A stretch of DNA of 64,000 bases, taken from NCBI RefSeq assembly GCF_009914755.1, contig NC_060927.1. One strand, 5' to 3'. Shown one piece after another: positions 1 to 13,489 of the stretch. A program made the translations under genes and the position numbers. The notes below the pieces were generated by a model. The model made no database searches, was not told where the DNA came from, and was given only the letters and a program-made list of their open reading frames with translations. Every line of letters starts with the position of its first letter. The stretch's first letter is position 1. The stretch is from the human T2T-CHM13v2.0 reference genome, Homo sapiens.

Positions 1-535
1 AACAGGCTTCCACATTCCCACCCCAGGTCTGGGGAGCTCCCAGCCGCAGCTAAGGAGGACATACTAAATTGGGGTTCTGAAAAGTACATGGAGCCAACTC
101 TGCCTCTGGGGGTCCCTATCCCTCTTCTCCAGGAAAAGTGAAGATCTCCATGGCGGCCAGCCCACCCAGGACACAAGGCCCAGGGTGCTATGTGGTGGGG
201 GATCTGTGACCAATGAGGGCAGGCAGGTTCCAGGACCCCCTGGAGCTGGCATGGGAGAATTAGCCCCATAACACCACACTCCAGGATTAGAACATTGTAC
301 TGTTAGCATCTCCAGAGGAAGAAGAGGCACATTCAGTCACAATATGTGACCCCCACAGGGACCACATGGAAGCTCAAAGCCATCTTAGTGGTCCCGAGCA
401 AGAAGGGGCACAAGTTTTGTCTGGAAAGATGTGGAATACTCACCACAGCCAATATTCAGCCTGGAAACTGAGGCCCACTCCTCCCTCTCAACCCCAGGCT
501 CTGCCTCTGCTACATCCAGAGGACCGATAGTGACA

Positions 536-536
<1 letters not shown>

Positions 537-573
<37 letters not shown>

Positions 574-577
574 ACAC
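537..577. repeat. (CA)n microsatellite
   Basis: Direct reading. Confidence 0.95.
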
Positions 578-1103
578 GCCCAGCCCCTAAGCATACACAT
601 ACAGGCAAACACACTGGCCTCTCCATCCCAACCCACCCTTAGTGGCCAGATGAACCATCAGCTCATTATTCGGCTGATGAGACAAGTCAAGGTCAGCCCC
701 AGGGGCTGAGCACATGAGGGCCCCAGCCACTCCTCCTCAGGGGGCTGGGAGAGCCCCACCTGGCAGTGTGAAGGGTAGTGCCCAGCTACCAAGACTGGAC
801 AGCAGGGCTATCAGGACAGATGACAGCACCCTCCTTTTGACTCAGCAGCCCCAGGTAAGAATGGATGGAATTCTTTGGTACCACTTGAACCAGACTTGGA
901 GGGGTGAGCAGGTTTGGAGAAACAGAGAGTCTGGGAAGGTGGGAGGCACTGAGGCAGACTTCCCATGGGGAGTGGGGCATGGTTGGCAGGTTCAAGTCTT
1001 ACTGCCAGGGACACCAGCCTGGCATGTCTGGGCTGGAGGCATGAGATGGCTGGGCCCGTTCTGGGCCTCCATCCCAGGCCATCTCCCCGCGGCTGAGCTT
1101 ACA

Positions 1104-1200
1104 GTTATGTAACAGCCTTGCTCAGGAGCAGGGAGCATCTTTACGTCTTCCTGGCTCCCTAGTTCCCCTTCCACCTCTCTAAAGCTGACAGTTATGTAAC
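1104..1200. promoter_or_regulatory. Pair of PAR-bZIP/NFIL3 D-box motifs GTTATGTAAC (1104-1113, 1191-1200)
   Basis: Both match the consensus RTTAYGTAAY exactly; binding not demonstrated. Confidence 0.5.
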
Positions 1201-1674
1201 CCCTTCTGGGTCCCTCTTCTTGGCCCTGGTGCCCAGGCTGTCTGCCTCCTGTTCTGTAAGTGAGTATGTGTAGCCTCACAGATGGGCTTTGCCTACCCTT
1301 GTCTCAAAGCAGGACAACCCCTTGACTCTAGGGCCCAGAGACTGAGGCATGGGTCACGGGGTGGCTGGGCCTGCCCACTACCTACAGGCCCCACCCCACT
1401 CCACCAGTGCAGGGAGCCAGGACCAGGTGCAGACAGGCTTTGGCAGGCCCCAGCGGTGGGATCATAGGCAGCCCCAAGAGGCCCAGACTCTAGACTCCAC
1501 TGCGCACCTCCCACGCCTGGGGACAGGCCACCCTCGTGATTCCAATGAGGTCACTGCTGGCACAGCGTTCCCGTCGGGTGCCAACACCCTGTCACCAGCA
1601 GCCAGGCTGGGATGCAGAGAAGGGCCAGCATAGGTTGTGGCCATGGGTCTGCCCGTGACCTTCTGTAGGGCTCT

Positions 1675-2090
1675 GTGCGTGTTCATGCACATCTAGGTAT
1701 GCGCTCCTGGCCCATGTCTGTCTGGAGCTGCGTCTGTGCCTCTGGGGTCTATAGCTCTGTGTCTGACTCTGAGTATCTTTGTGAGTCAGAAGTGTGTGTC
1801 TATTTAAGCTTGGGCACATGCCATCTCGACATGCCTAGATGTGTCTGCCCAGTGTGCTGTGTCTCTGTGTGTTGGCTTGTATGTCTATCAGTGTGAATGT
1901 CAGTGATACACCCAGACATGTCTGTCTCTCTGAATGTATGTCTCTGTGAGTTGTGTGTCTCTCTGTGCCCATTTGCTTGTGTCTGTGGTCTGTGTTCAGG
2001 TAAGTGTACATGTGTGCATGTTTGCATGTGTGCCTGGTGTTCTGTGTACTGGCATGTACATGTCAGTGTGTGTATCTCTGTGTGCACACA
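1675..2090. repeat. Degenerate (TG)-rich low-complexity tract
   Basis: tgtgtc/tgtgtg-rich; source of spurious Cys/Val-rich ORFs. Confidence 0.85.
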
Positions 2091-2779
2091 AGTCTACAAA
2101 ATGACACAGCAGAGGCCCCACCTCATCTTGCCTCACCATCCCTTACCCCAAGCTCTGGGTTGGGCTTTCCTGCTGAGGGCACAGCCCCACCTGTGGGCAC
2201 ACACAGCCAGCCTGGGCCCTGTATTTCTGTAGGCCTGGTGACATGTGTGATGGGACCTATGGGGCCTCATTAGGGCAGGCACACAGGAAATACTCCCGTT
2301 GCCTAGCCCAGGACAACAGGCCATTCCAGGTACCAAGTATATTCATGGCTGTCACCCCGTCCCCTGCTTCCCTGACCATGTCCCTCATATTGGCCTCTCA
2401 TCCTGCTCCCCTGCCCTGCTGGCTGCCCTACACCCCAGCACCAGTTCACAGCCCAGCCTTGGTTATGCTGAGATTCCTTGAGGCCAAGTGTGGCCTCCCA
2501 AGGGCAGGGCCTGGTTTCCTCTCTTCTGTCCCACTGCAGTGAAGCAGAGCTCAGGGCCAGAGACCCAGCCCCGGATTCACTCCCTGGCCTGTGCTGGCAG
2601 CCGGAGGTTTAGAGAGCCCAAAGTCTGGCAGGGACTCAGACACAATAGCCGGCCTACAAAACAGGGCGTGCCCAGTGCTGTCAGAGAGGGGTAAACAAAG
2701 TCCAGCAGCAGCAAAATTCCCAGAGAAATGACAGGCCTTCCAACCAAGAGGAGTGGGAATAGACTGTACCGCTTACCAG

Positions 2780-2925
2780 CAACATGACCTTGAGCTGGTT
2801 TTCTAATCAGTCTGTGCCTCCATTTCCTCATCTGTGAAATGGAAGCATTAAATAAGTTATTCATCCAAAGAGGTTAGAACAGTGCCTGGCACATGCAAAT
2901 GTTATATGAATGTTTGCTGATATTC
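2780..2925 (+). mobile_element. MIR fragment
   Basis: ctgtgcctccatttcctcatctgtgaaatgg ... ttagaacagtgcctggcaca. Confidence 0.75.
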
Positions 2926-3686
2926 TTAACAGGGTCTTGAACCCCCAGCAGGGTTTGACTGACCTGAAGTGCCCCTACTCAGCTTTCAGAGAAGCTGGCC
3001 CAGAATGGAAGAGGGACTGACAGCCAACATGAGGCCACAAGAGCCCTCAAGACAGGTTGGGGGAAAAGTGGTCAGGGTCCATGACCAAGGAAGGCTGCAA
3101 TCTCTGGCCAAGCCCTAGGGATCCAGGTGTCCTCCTCAGCCTTCAGCTATAGATGTGGCCTGACTGCTGCAGCCCCAGAAAGTGCCCCTTGCTGCTGCCA
3201 GCCCACTCCAATGCACACAGTCCCGAGGCTCTTCCCCAAGTAAACACATCCCTCCACCTCCTCTTCCCAGACCCCCTTCTTGGGAACTTGTGAACCTTCG
3301 GACCTGAGCTGGGCTGGGCTGGGCTTGGCCCAGCTGGCGTTGACTTTGGCTCAGGGGTTGGGTTTTCTGAGCAAATCTATGGGACTGGCAGGATTGCAAA
3401 GAGACAATTAAGCCTCCTGCATGGGATGGGTCCAGAGCAGTCCTAGTCCCTCACGGGCATGAAGCTTCTGAACAGACTAAATGATGGCATTTGCATGTGC
3501 CTATTCAAGCAGACCCCTAGAGACCACACTGTGCATCTTTCACTGGCCAGGCTCTGCAAGGCTGTGGCGGAGAATGCAGCCACAATGCAGGGTTTTCGCT
3601 GCACTTGTTCCCTAACTATTCCCCTCCATCACAATTCACAATCCGACCACGTTGGGGGAATCTGTGTTGTTCAAGAACTAGGTGCG

Positions 3687-4018
3687 GGCTGGGCACGGTG
3701 GCTCATGCCTGTAATCCCAGCACTTTGGGAGGCTGAGAGGCAGGTGAATCACCTGGGGTCAGGAGTTCGAGACCAGCCTGGCCAACATGGCGAAACCCCG
3801 TCTCTACTAAAAATACAAAAATTAGCCGGGTGTGGTGGTGGGCTCCTGTAATCCCAGCTACTCAGAAGGCTGAGGCAGGAGAATCACTTTAACCTGGGAG
3901 GTGGAGGTTGCAGTGAGCCGAGATCATGCCATTGTACTCCAGCCTGGGCGACAGAGCAAGACTATGATGGGGTGATGAGTATATTGGGATGCATCTAGTT
4001 CTTTTTTTTTTGAGACAG
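3687..4018 (+). mobile_element. AluS-type element whose tail and 3' TSD are inverted (3964-4018)
   Basis: Alu body 3687-3963; tail appears as its reverse complement at 3991-4018. Confidence 0.9.
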
Positions 4019-4024
4019 AGTCTC

Positions 4025-5010
<986 letters not shown>

Positions 5011-5217
5011 AACTGTAGTCAGGCCTCCTTCCTGCCTCCCTGTCAGGACAGCCCCGTGCAACCTCCGCAGGGCTGTGCCTCCCCTCTCAGACTGGAGGCT
5101 CCTTGAGGTGGGAGCCTGGCAGAGGGAGGAAGAGAGTGGGTGCCTATGGCCTCAGGCCCCAGGGCTGGAGGCACCTGCACTGTGCTCACCCATGTGTCTT
5201 CTGCCTTACCCCCATAG

Positions 5218-5325
5218 GCTGCAGCAAGATGTGGGACAACCTCACCTGCTGGCCAGCCACCCCTCGGGGCCAGGTAGTTGTCTTGGCCTGTCCCCTCATC
5301 TTCAAGCTCTTCTCCTCCATTCAAG
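5218..5325 (+). CDS. VIPR1: VIPR1 (VPAC1 receptor) exon 3, extracellular domain (GCSKMWDNLTCWPATPRGQVVVLACPLIFKLFSSIQ)
   Basis: cccatag|GCTGC acceptor, CAAG|gtaag donor, 108 nt, phase 1-1; class B GPCR hormone-binding motif C-x3-WD-x3-CW. Confidence 0.97.
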
Positions 5326-5819
5326 GTAAGACCCCTGGGTTGAAGAGGTGATGTGAGTGGGGCCGGCTGGAGTGGGGACTCACCTCTCAAGGAAGTGGAA
5401 AGGCAAAGGAAAGTGGTCAAAGAGGCTGGAGCAATCCGAGGGACTCCCTGGCAGAGGAGGCAATGGTGCTGGGTCTTTAAAGAACTCACAGGATTTGATT
5501 AGCTCTTCACATAAAGATAAGCATGTGGGAAAGGCTCACTAAATATTTGCTCAACAATTGATAACTGATTGACTGACAGGTACTTGATTAAATTATGACT
5601 CCCATAGTCCTGTTGTCTTGGGCTGGTCTTGATTCAGTCTTTCGATGCCTGGAGCCTATGACCTCTTGGGCTCCATGAAGCCACCACATGACTTTGCTTA
5701 CACACCTTGTCATGTTCCACTTAAATGAATGTCCACAGAATGAGGCAGAAAAGAAAAGGGGGAGCCCCTTTAGGAGGTGGCTTTCTAGCTAGTGAGTCAT
5801 TAAAGAGATTCACAATATA

Positions 5820-6580
5820 GATTCAGTCATTCTTTTGTGCAGTGAATGAAGCACTTACCAGTGTGCCAGGCACTGAGCTGGACAAACACAGTGGAGAGAG
5901 GATAAAACAGCCCCCGGGGCTGCTCTCCCAGAGCTAGCATTCTCATTGGAGAGACATTTAGTAAGGAAATAAACAGATGTATCATCAATAATAAAAAGTG
6001 CTGGACGAGAGAATAAGGAGAGTGGGGACTAACTTAAGGCAGAGGTTCACAAACAGCCCCTCTCTGAGGAGGTGACACTTCATCTGCAATCTGAAGACCT
6101 GGAGGTGAGAAAGAACCACCAGGCAAAGATCCCAGATTGGGGACAACTGAGAGAGAGAATCAACAGCCCGTGGAACAAGCATCCAAGGAAGTTCCGTGAA
6201 GGCCAGTGTGGCTGGAGCAGGGAAAGCACCAGGGATGAAGGGAGGGGAGGGACAGGTGCGCCGAGGCCAGACCATGCAGGGCCTTGAGGACAGAAGCGAA
6301 GACTTGAGTTTTTTCCTAAGTCCAGTTAGAAGTGGGGGGTTTTAAGCAGGGGACTGACAAAGTCCAATTTAGATTTTTAACGTCTAACTGGTTTCTGTGA
6401 GAAGGAAGAATTCTAGGAGTGTAAACAGGAAAACCCAATCACAAGGCAGGCAGGAAATGATGGCTTGAATTCAGGTAGTGAGCTCAGTGCGGGAGAGAAG
6501 TGGGAGAGTTGTTTATGGAGGGAATGGGAGTGAGTGAGGCGAGGGAGGAATCAAGCAGGCCCCACCCTAGGCTTAGGTTT
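5820..6580. mobile_element. L2 LINE fragments
   Basis: attcagtcattc..gcacttacc..gtgccaggcactg; aggaggtgaca..; ggccagtgtggctggagcag. Confidence 0.6.
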
Positions 6581-7189
6581 AATGAGCCTTAGGGAAGAGA
6601 GTGGGACTGGGTGGGGAGCATGGAGGGAGGGGCAGGCCTAGAGTGGGGAGGACTCATGAGGAGCAGAACTTATATAATTATTCAGAGAGCGAACAGAACT
6701 CAGGCATCTCTCACTCCAGATGGCCTTTTCCTCCCTGGACCCCAGTTTCCCCGTTTGTAAAGTGGGGATAGGTGGTAGACCCCAGGGTCTCTTTGGGGTA
6801 AGCCAGTTTGCCCCCCAGTGCCTGCTGTTGTGACCTCAGTAGTGAAAGATAGAACTTGAAGCCCTCCTGAGGAGTCTGGGAGGGTCACAGCCATGCCATA
6901 TTCCAGGCCAGTGCCCACCTAGCCTGGTCACCTCCTCCAGGGACACCCAGTGCCTGGGCAGATAAGAGATGAGTTCCTCTGGCAGGTTTCACAGTGCACG
7001 CCATCACCAAGCCTGGAAACTAGCCTTCTCTCTGATCCCTGGAAGCACCTGCTAATTGCCTTTCTCCCTGAGACTCTGCTAACTGCATTCCTCCCCATGG
7101 CTCTTCCTTCTGTCCCTGCTGGAATGTGTCAAGGCAACTCCTGCCCTTGAGAACCTGGACTCCAGCCCACCATCTAGCTAACCCTGAGG

Positions 7190-7365
7190 CTGCCGCCATC
7201 AATGGGGCCCATACGGTGCCTTTGGACTGACAAGAAAAAGGCAGTCCTTCCTCGGGCAGAGATGACCTCTCACTAGAGCCCACCTAGTGACAAGCAGAAT
7301 ATGCCTACCGGCCAGGTGCCCTTGTAGAGTGAACAACTTGCACAGCCATACTCTGTGGGCCTGGT
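7190..7365. mobile_element. MER91-like hAT-Tip100 remnant
   Basis: agaaaaaggc ... gtgcccttgt..gaacaacttgcacagcc. Confidence 0.45.
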
Positions 7366-7735
7366 CTCTGAAAATGGTGGAGAGAAATAAGAGACTGCGA
7401 TTAGGGACTGAAAACAGAAAAAAGACAGTGTTCTCCTGAGCAAGTAGATGAAGAAGTTGTGGGCAACCGACCTGAAATTCCAAAGAGGGAAGTTTGCAAG
7501 TGTGAGGCAGGAATGATGGCATCACCAACTCACACAACAGGCCTGGGAAGAATTATATCCACGGGAAGGGACCTGGTTATACAGGGAAAGCTAAATAAAC
7601 CTTATAGAAGATAAAAATTGTGGAGAGTTAGAAAAAAGTCATCTACCTAGACTGGATAAAATACCTGAAGGAGGGAGTTTGGCCAGGCAAGGAATTGCTC
7701 ATTAAGACATCAAAATGTTCATGGTAGCTCACTTC

Positions 7736-8435
<700 letters not shown>

Positions 8436-8917
8436 TAAATATGGGAGAGCCATTCTGGCTGAGAAAATTCGACATACAGTCTATGTTAACCATGTCTGTG
8501 GGGTCTATGGGATACCTCCCCTCCCCTACCACCTGCATCATGATGCTATAAATAAGAAAACCTTGCTGCCAGCCTAGGAAGCTCAAACTTGCTGGCTGGG
8601 ATGGGACACCACGGCAGGGAATCAGCAGGAGAGTTCCATGGTCAGGTCTGGGTGTTAGCATGATCCTTCCAGCTGTCTCAGGGTGGGGAGCTGACAGGAA
8701 AGCAGGGGGCTCCTACCTAATCCAGGGGAGATGAGGTGGTGGTGGTGCTGGGGAAGAAGCTGGGACAGGACTGGTGACTGATGGGGGAGAGGAGGGAGAG
8801 GATTATTCCTCAATTCCTGGCTCCAGGCACTGAGTGGAGGATCCTAGCTAGGCACAAGCGGGGGCCATGACTGCTTTTTGAGACATAGTGAGTGGGAGGA
8901 GACTGGAAGAAAGGTGG

Positions 8918-9068
8918 CCCTTGCCACCCTTCTGGTCGTCATGGCTATCCTGAGCTTGTTCAGGTGAAGCCCAGCCCAAGTGACAGGCCTCAAAGCAGAC
9001 CTGGCAAGTGTCCCTCCCACGGTGGAGCCCAGCCTGGCCCAGGCATGCCCTGACCCCTTCACTGTTGC
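8918..9068 (+). pseudogene. Decayed duplicate of VIPR1 exon 5 3' half plus donor and start of intron 5 (copy of 13444-13594)
   Basis: Ungapped 151-nt manual alignment, about 13 mismatches. Confidence 0.92.
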
Positions 9069-9419
9069 ATGCCCTGACCCCGCCCCCAGTGGAGTGTCCT
9101 TCCCAGCACAGGGTTAAAGTCCCTTGCTACCTCCCTCCTGCCCTTCATGTCCCCCTCTACAGATATTGGGCCTGCCGGTTTCCAGGCCCAGACTGGAGGG
9201 AGACTCTTGGCTGCTTCTTGGGATCCCATGGTGACTGCCATTTTGATATCCTTGAGAGCAGCTTGCTATGAGGCCTTGACCACAATCCCAGGGCTCTTCA
9301 AAGAGACCACCTGGCCCCAGAGATGACCCATTGTCCCCTCCCCTCCTCTCCTTCACCATCTATGGCAGCCAGGGCTCCAGAAAACAGAGTATCCCTTTGG
9401 CCGCTGCTGGGAGCCCAGA

Positions 9420-9545
9420 AAGATCTGGAGTCAGGCAGACCTTGGTCTGCATCCCACCTGCTGCTCCCTTGCTGTGTGACCATGGGCAAATGACTTAACC
9501 TCTCTTAGCCTTGGGATCCCCATTTTTTGATGGGATAACAAAAAC
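9420..9545 (+). mobile_element. MIR fragment
   Basis: tggagtcaggcagacc..gctgtgtgaccatgggcaaatgacttaacctctct. Confidence 0.75.
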
Positions 9546-9595
9546 TACCAATTCCTAGCCCTAACACATTAATGTTTACCCTAACACCTCCGCCA

Positions 9596-9597
<2 letters not shown>

Positions 9598-9633
<36 letters not shown>
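9598..9633. repeat. (CA)n microsatellite
   Basis: Direct reading. Confidence 0.95.
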
Positions 9634-9635
<2 letters not shown>

Positions 9636-9756
9636 CATGTGAAGCTGCTGTGTACATGCCAGAGTCACCCAGGTTTGCTGGCATAATTCATGATACCAGA
9701 TGCTTGCCATGTCATTGGGCCTGGCCTCCTCAAGCCCCGGTCCCTCTGGTGAGTAG

Positions 9757-10107
<351 letters not shown>

Positions 10108-10799
10108 CTTAACCCTGTTTTCTACCTGCCTGAGCCTTGTAGGGGGAAGTCCTCAAATGAATCAGATTGTGGGTGGGATCCAGGGCCTCAGAGCCTGCAG
10201 TTAGCTCCCTGGAACTGGGGCTGAGGAAGAGCCTACCCTTTGATGAGGGGCTGGGCTGAAGGCTCTGGGCCAGGCCCACCTCTGGCTGCAATGATGGGAA
10301 GCTGAGAGGGGCGCAGAAGGACAGCTGAAGGCTTTTCTGCTGTCCTAGGAGCCTCTTGCAACAGTGAGGTTGGGAGCCCAGGGCAGAAAAAGGGATGCCA
10401 AGGCAGGAAACTGGCCCAGTCCAATGCCCCCTCCTCAACCAAATCCATCCTGCCCTCCCTGGGCCATGCGGTGGAAATAGACCCAGCCCACGGCTGCTCT
10501 TTCCTGGCTGTCCCATCCCCACCCCTAGCTGTCCCTCAGTTCTTCATCCATGAAGTAGGGTGACAAGACCTCTTTCCAAGGGTTGCCAGGAGGATTTACA
10601 GAAATGGTGAATATGGAATCACCTGGTATATTCCGGGCATACGGCAAAGTTTGGAAATAAACACACGTGCCCAGTGACACTTCCTGAGCTCATAGAACAG
10701 CTTGACCCTCCTGCAGCTCTTTATCTGGTCACCGAAATAAGTCCTCAGGTCACCTCCATGCAGGTGAGAACCAAGCTTACCTGGGAAGACTCTGGAGAC

Positions 10800-10980
10800 C
10801 AAATCAGCTCTATCCTGTCCTCTCTATGTAGCCTTGGGCAAGTAACCAACCTCTTGGGGCCTCCACTTCTTAACTGTGAAATGGAGTTAACTTCCTCACT
10901 GGATGATTGAGGAAATTAAACAGGATGTGCCTAAAGTGCTTGACCAGCACTGACATTTGAAAAGTACTCAAAACCTGTCA
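10800..10980 (+). mobile_element. MIR fragment
   Basis: ccttgggcaagtaaccaacctct..ctgtgaaatgg..gaggaaattaaa. Confidence 0.65.
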
Positions 10981-11879
10981 TTGTGATGAGGCTGACAACA
11001 GTGATGCTGCTGATGCTGCTCATGGTGACTATGGCGGTGGTGGTGGTGGTGATGAACGGGTACTGAGATGGGGAAGCGTGATTCTTCTCTGGCTCATCTA
11101 ATTTCTATTCAACCCATCCTCTCCCTCTCTGGGGAGAGGACACCTCCCCAGTGCTGGAGAGTGGGGAGCCTCAGTGGTACCCCTCACCTCACATACCCCC
11201 TAAGCGGTCCTGTCTCTTTGCTGCAGCTTCAAGCCTCTGAGGACAGTGGACAGTGCAGCTTGCCTGGAGCCTCAGCCTCTGCTTGTTTCAGCCCCAAGCT
11301 CCTGCCATGCTGTGCTGCCTGATTCCCCCTCACATGCCTTTGCCTGCACAGGTTCCCCAACCCCACCCCTCCTCACCCCCACACTCCTGCTCCCCCTCCA
11401 GCAGCACATCTAAGCCCTTCCAGGTGTGAGAAGAAACCCAGCCCCACAGGCCCAGGCAGGCTGACTGAGGAGGACCGGGCAGGCCTGGGCCCCTTCCCCC
11501 AGCCGTGGCCTTGTGACAAGGGTCAGCATTCTGCTCACGGCAAGGGTCAGGAATCATTCTGTGACAAGGATCCAGGCAGGGTCTGTGACAAGGATAAGAG
11601 TGTATGTTGTACTTGGGGTCAGGTTCAGACCATAACAAAAGGGCTGAGCCCAAGAATGTCTGCTCTGATTCTATCATCGGTGCGGGAGCCCTGAAGAGGC
11701 TTCTCCCTGCCCCAGGTGCCCCCACGGTGCCCTGGGTAACTGGGTCAGGGCAGCTGGAACCTGACAGCACCAGGGTTGGTGGGAGTAGGGCTGAATTCTC
11801 TGCCTTGTTCCAAGCAGAGACAGCCAGGTCCCCATGCTCCCGGCCTCAGCCTTTGTCCTTGCCCCTGCCCTCCACCCAG

Positions 11880-11986
11880 GCCGCAATGTAAGCCGCAGCT
11901 GCACCGACGAAGGCTGGACGCACCTGGAGCCTGGCCCGTACCCCATTGCCTGTGGTTTGGATGACAAGGCAGCGAGTTTGGATGAG
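11880..11986 (+). CDS. VIPR1: VIPR1 exon 4 (GRNVSRSCTDEGWTHLEPGPYPIACGLDDKAASLDE)
   Basis: cccag|GCCGC acceptor, GAG|gtggg donor, 107 nt; R-x-C-x3-GW motif of the class B ECD. Confidence 0.97.
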
Positions 11987-13385
11987 GTGGGTCTCAGGGC
12001 ACCCCCACCTCACCTGCAGAGCGCCGGGGCCCACCTAGGAGACTTTGATCTCTCCCACCGAGGGGTGTGGTTGCTGTCTGTGTGGGAACAGGACTCCTGG
12101 AGTCTGCCCTCCTCTAGCCTCCTCCAGGCCTGCCTTTCTGGGGTCCCAACCCTTGGCTCCCCCTGACAGGGTATGGGAGGAGGCTTTCCCACAGGAGGGG
12201 CCCCCAGAGCAGCAAAAGCTGAAGCAGCTCCCCCAGGCTGGGCCACCCTACTGCCTCATGGGAACCTCACTTCAGCCCGGGAGTTGGCAGGGCAGGCAGA
12301 CACCAGCACCCCATCCCATCCAGAGGGGAAACCGAGTTGCTGCAGGTCCTGGAAGGAACCAGACTTGGCTACCAAATAGCCAGTCAGGAACAGGGACAGA
12401 GCCTGTCATTCTCAGTCCCAGGACAGATATCTTCCCCGGAGCAGTTAAAACATGGTCTCTGTAAAGACTGGGGAGCCTGGTAAGGACATTGATGGGGAGG
12501 CTGGAGTCCTCAGCTAGGAGCCCCTCACTGCTTTGGGGTGCAAATGCATGTGTGTGTGTCTGTCTGCGATGGCATCTGCCCCACCCTCAGGCGCCCTTCT
12601 CAGACCGGGCTTTCACTCCACCCACCCCCGAGGACAGCAATTTCTTCAGAGGCCTTTGAAGCCCACTGGAGCTATAGGCCCTCATTCCCCCTTAACCACT
12701 TGCCTCTCCTCAGGCAAGCGTGGGAGGCTGACAGGAAGGAGTGGCTTGCCTAGTGGCTGTCGTGCTGCACTGCACCTGTGTCCATGGGGAGGGCATCAGG
12801 AGAGGGGACCAAGCGAGACACCCTCGGGGCCTAGCTTTGCCCTCCTCCACCGGAAAGGCCAGACTGCCCTCATCCCACCGACCCCAACTCCCAAGGGCCC
12901 AAAATGGGACATACTAGTGCCAGTGTCTTCTTCGACATCCCGCAACCTCGCATACCTCTCCTCCCTATACAGAGACAGGGCCTCGAGGGGTGTCTGAAGG
13001 GCAAGCAGACCCCACCCCTAGGGTGCCCAGCTCAGAGCTGGCACAGAAGGGAAGCCGGGCACATGGCTGGAGACATGAAATTAACAAAAGGGACGTGCAA
13101 GGTCTTCATTCTCTCCCTCACCAACTTGTCCCTCGTAAAGAAGCAAAGACAGGAAGTACATTCAACCCCCACCCCACCCTAAGACACAGTCCTGCCCTGT
13201 CTGTAGAAACCAGGGCGTTAGGGGTCAGGGGCTCAGCTGCTCTTGGGAGCCCCAGACCTCAGCCTCCTCATTTGCTGAGGCAGGGTTGGGCAGGCAGAGT
13301 GTGTAGGGCACCCCACCCCTGCCAATACCCCCTAGATGAGCCTCCCACCCCACCACCCAAGAGCCTCTCCCTGTCCCTCCAACAG

Positions 13386-13489
13386 CAGCAGACCATGTTC
13401 TACGGTTCTGTGAAGACCGGCTACACCATTGGCTACGGCCTGTCCCTCGCCACCCTTCTGGTCGCCACAGCTATCCTGAGCCTGTTCAG
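13386..13489 (+). CDS. VIPR1: VIPR1 exon 5, TM1 (QQTMFYGSVKTGYTIGYGLSLATLLVATAILSLFR)
   Basis: aacag|CAGCAG acceptor (tandem NAG), AG|gtgagg donor, 104 nt. Confidence 0.97.

Noticed and set aside
1675-2273. Cys/Val-rich ORFs resembling metallothionein or keratin-associated proteins
   Set aside because: Artefact of the TG-rich simple repeat.
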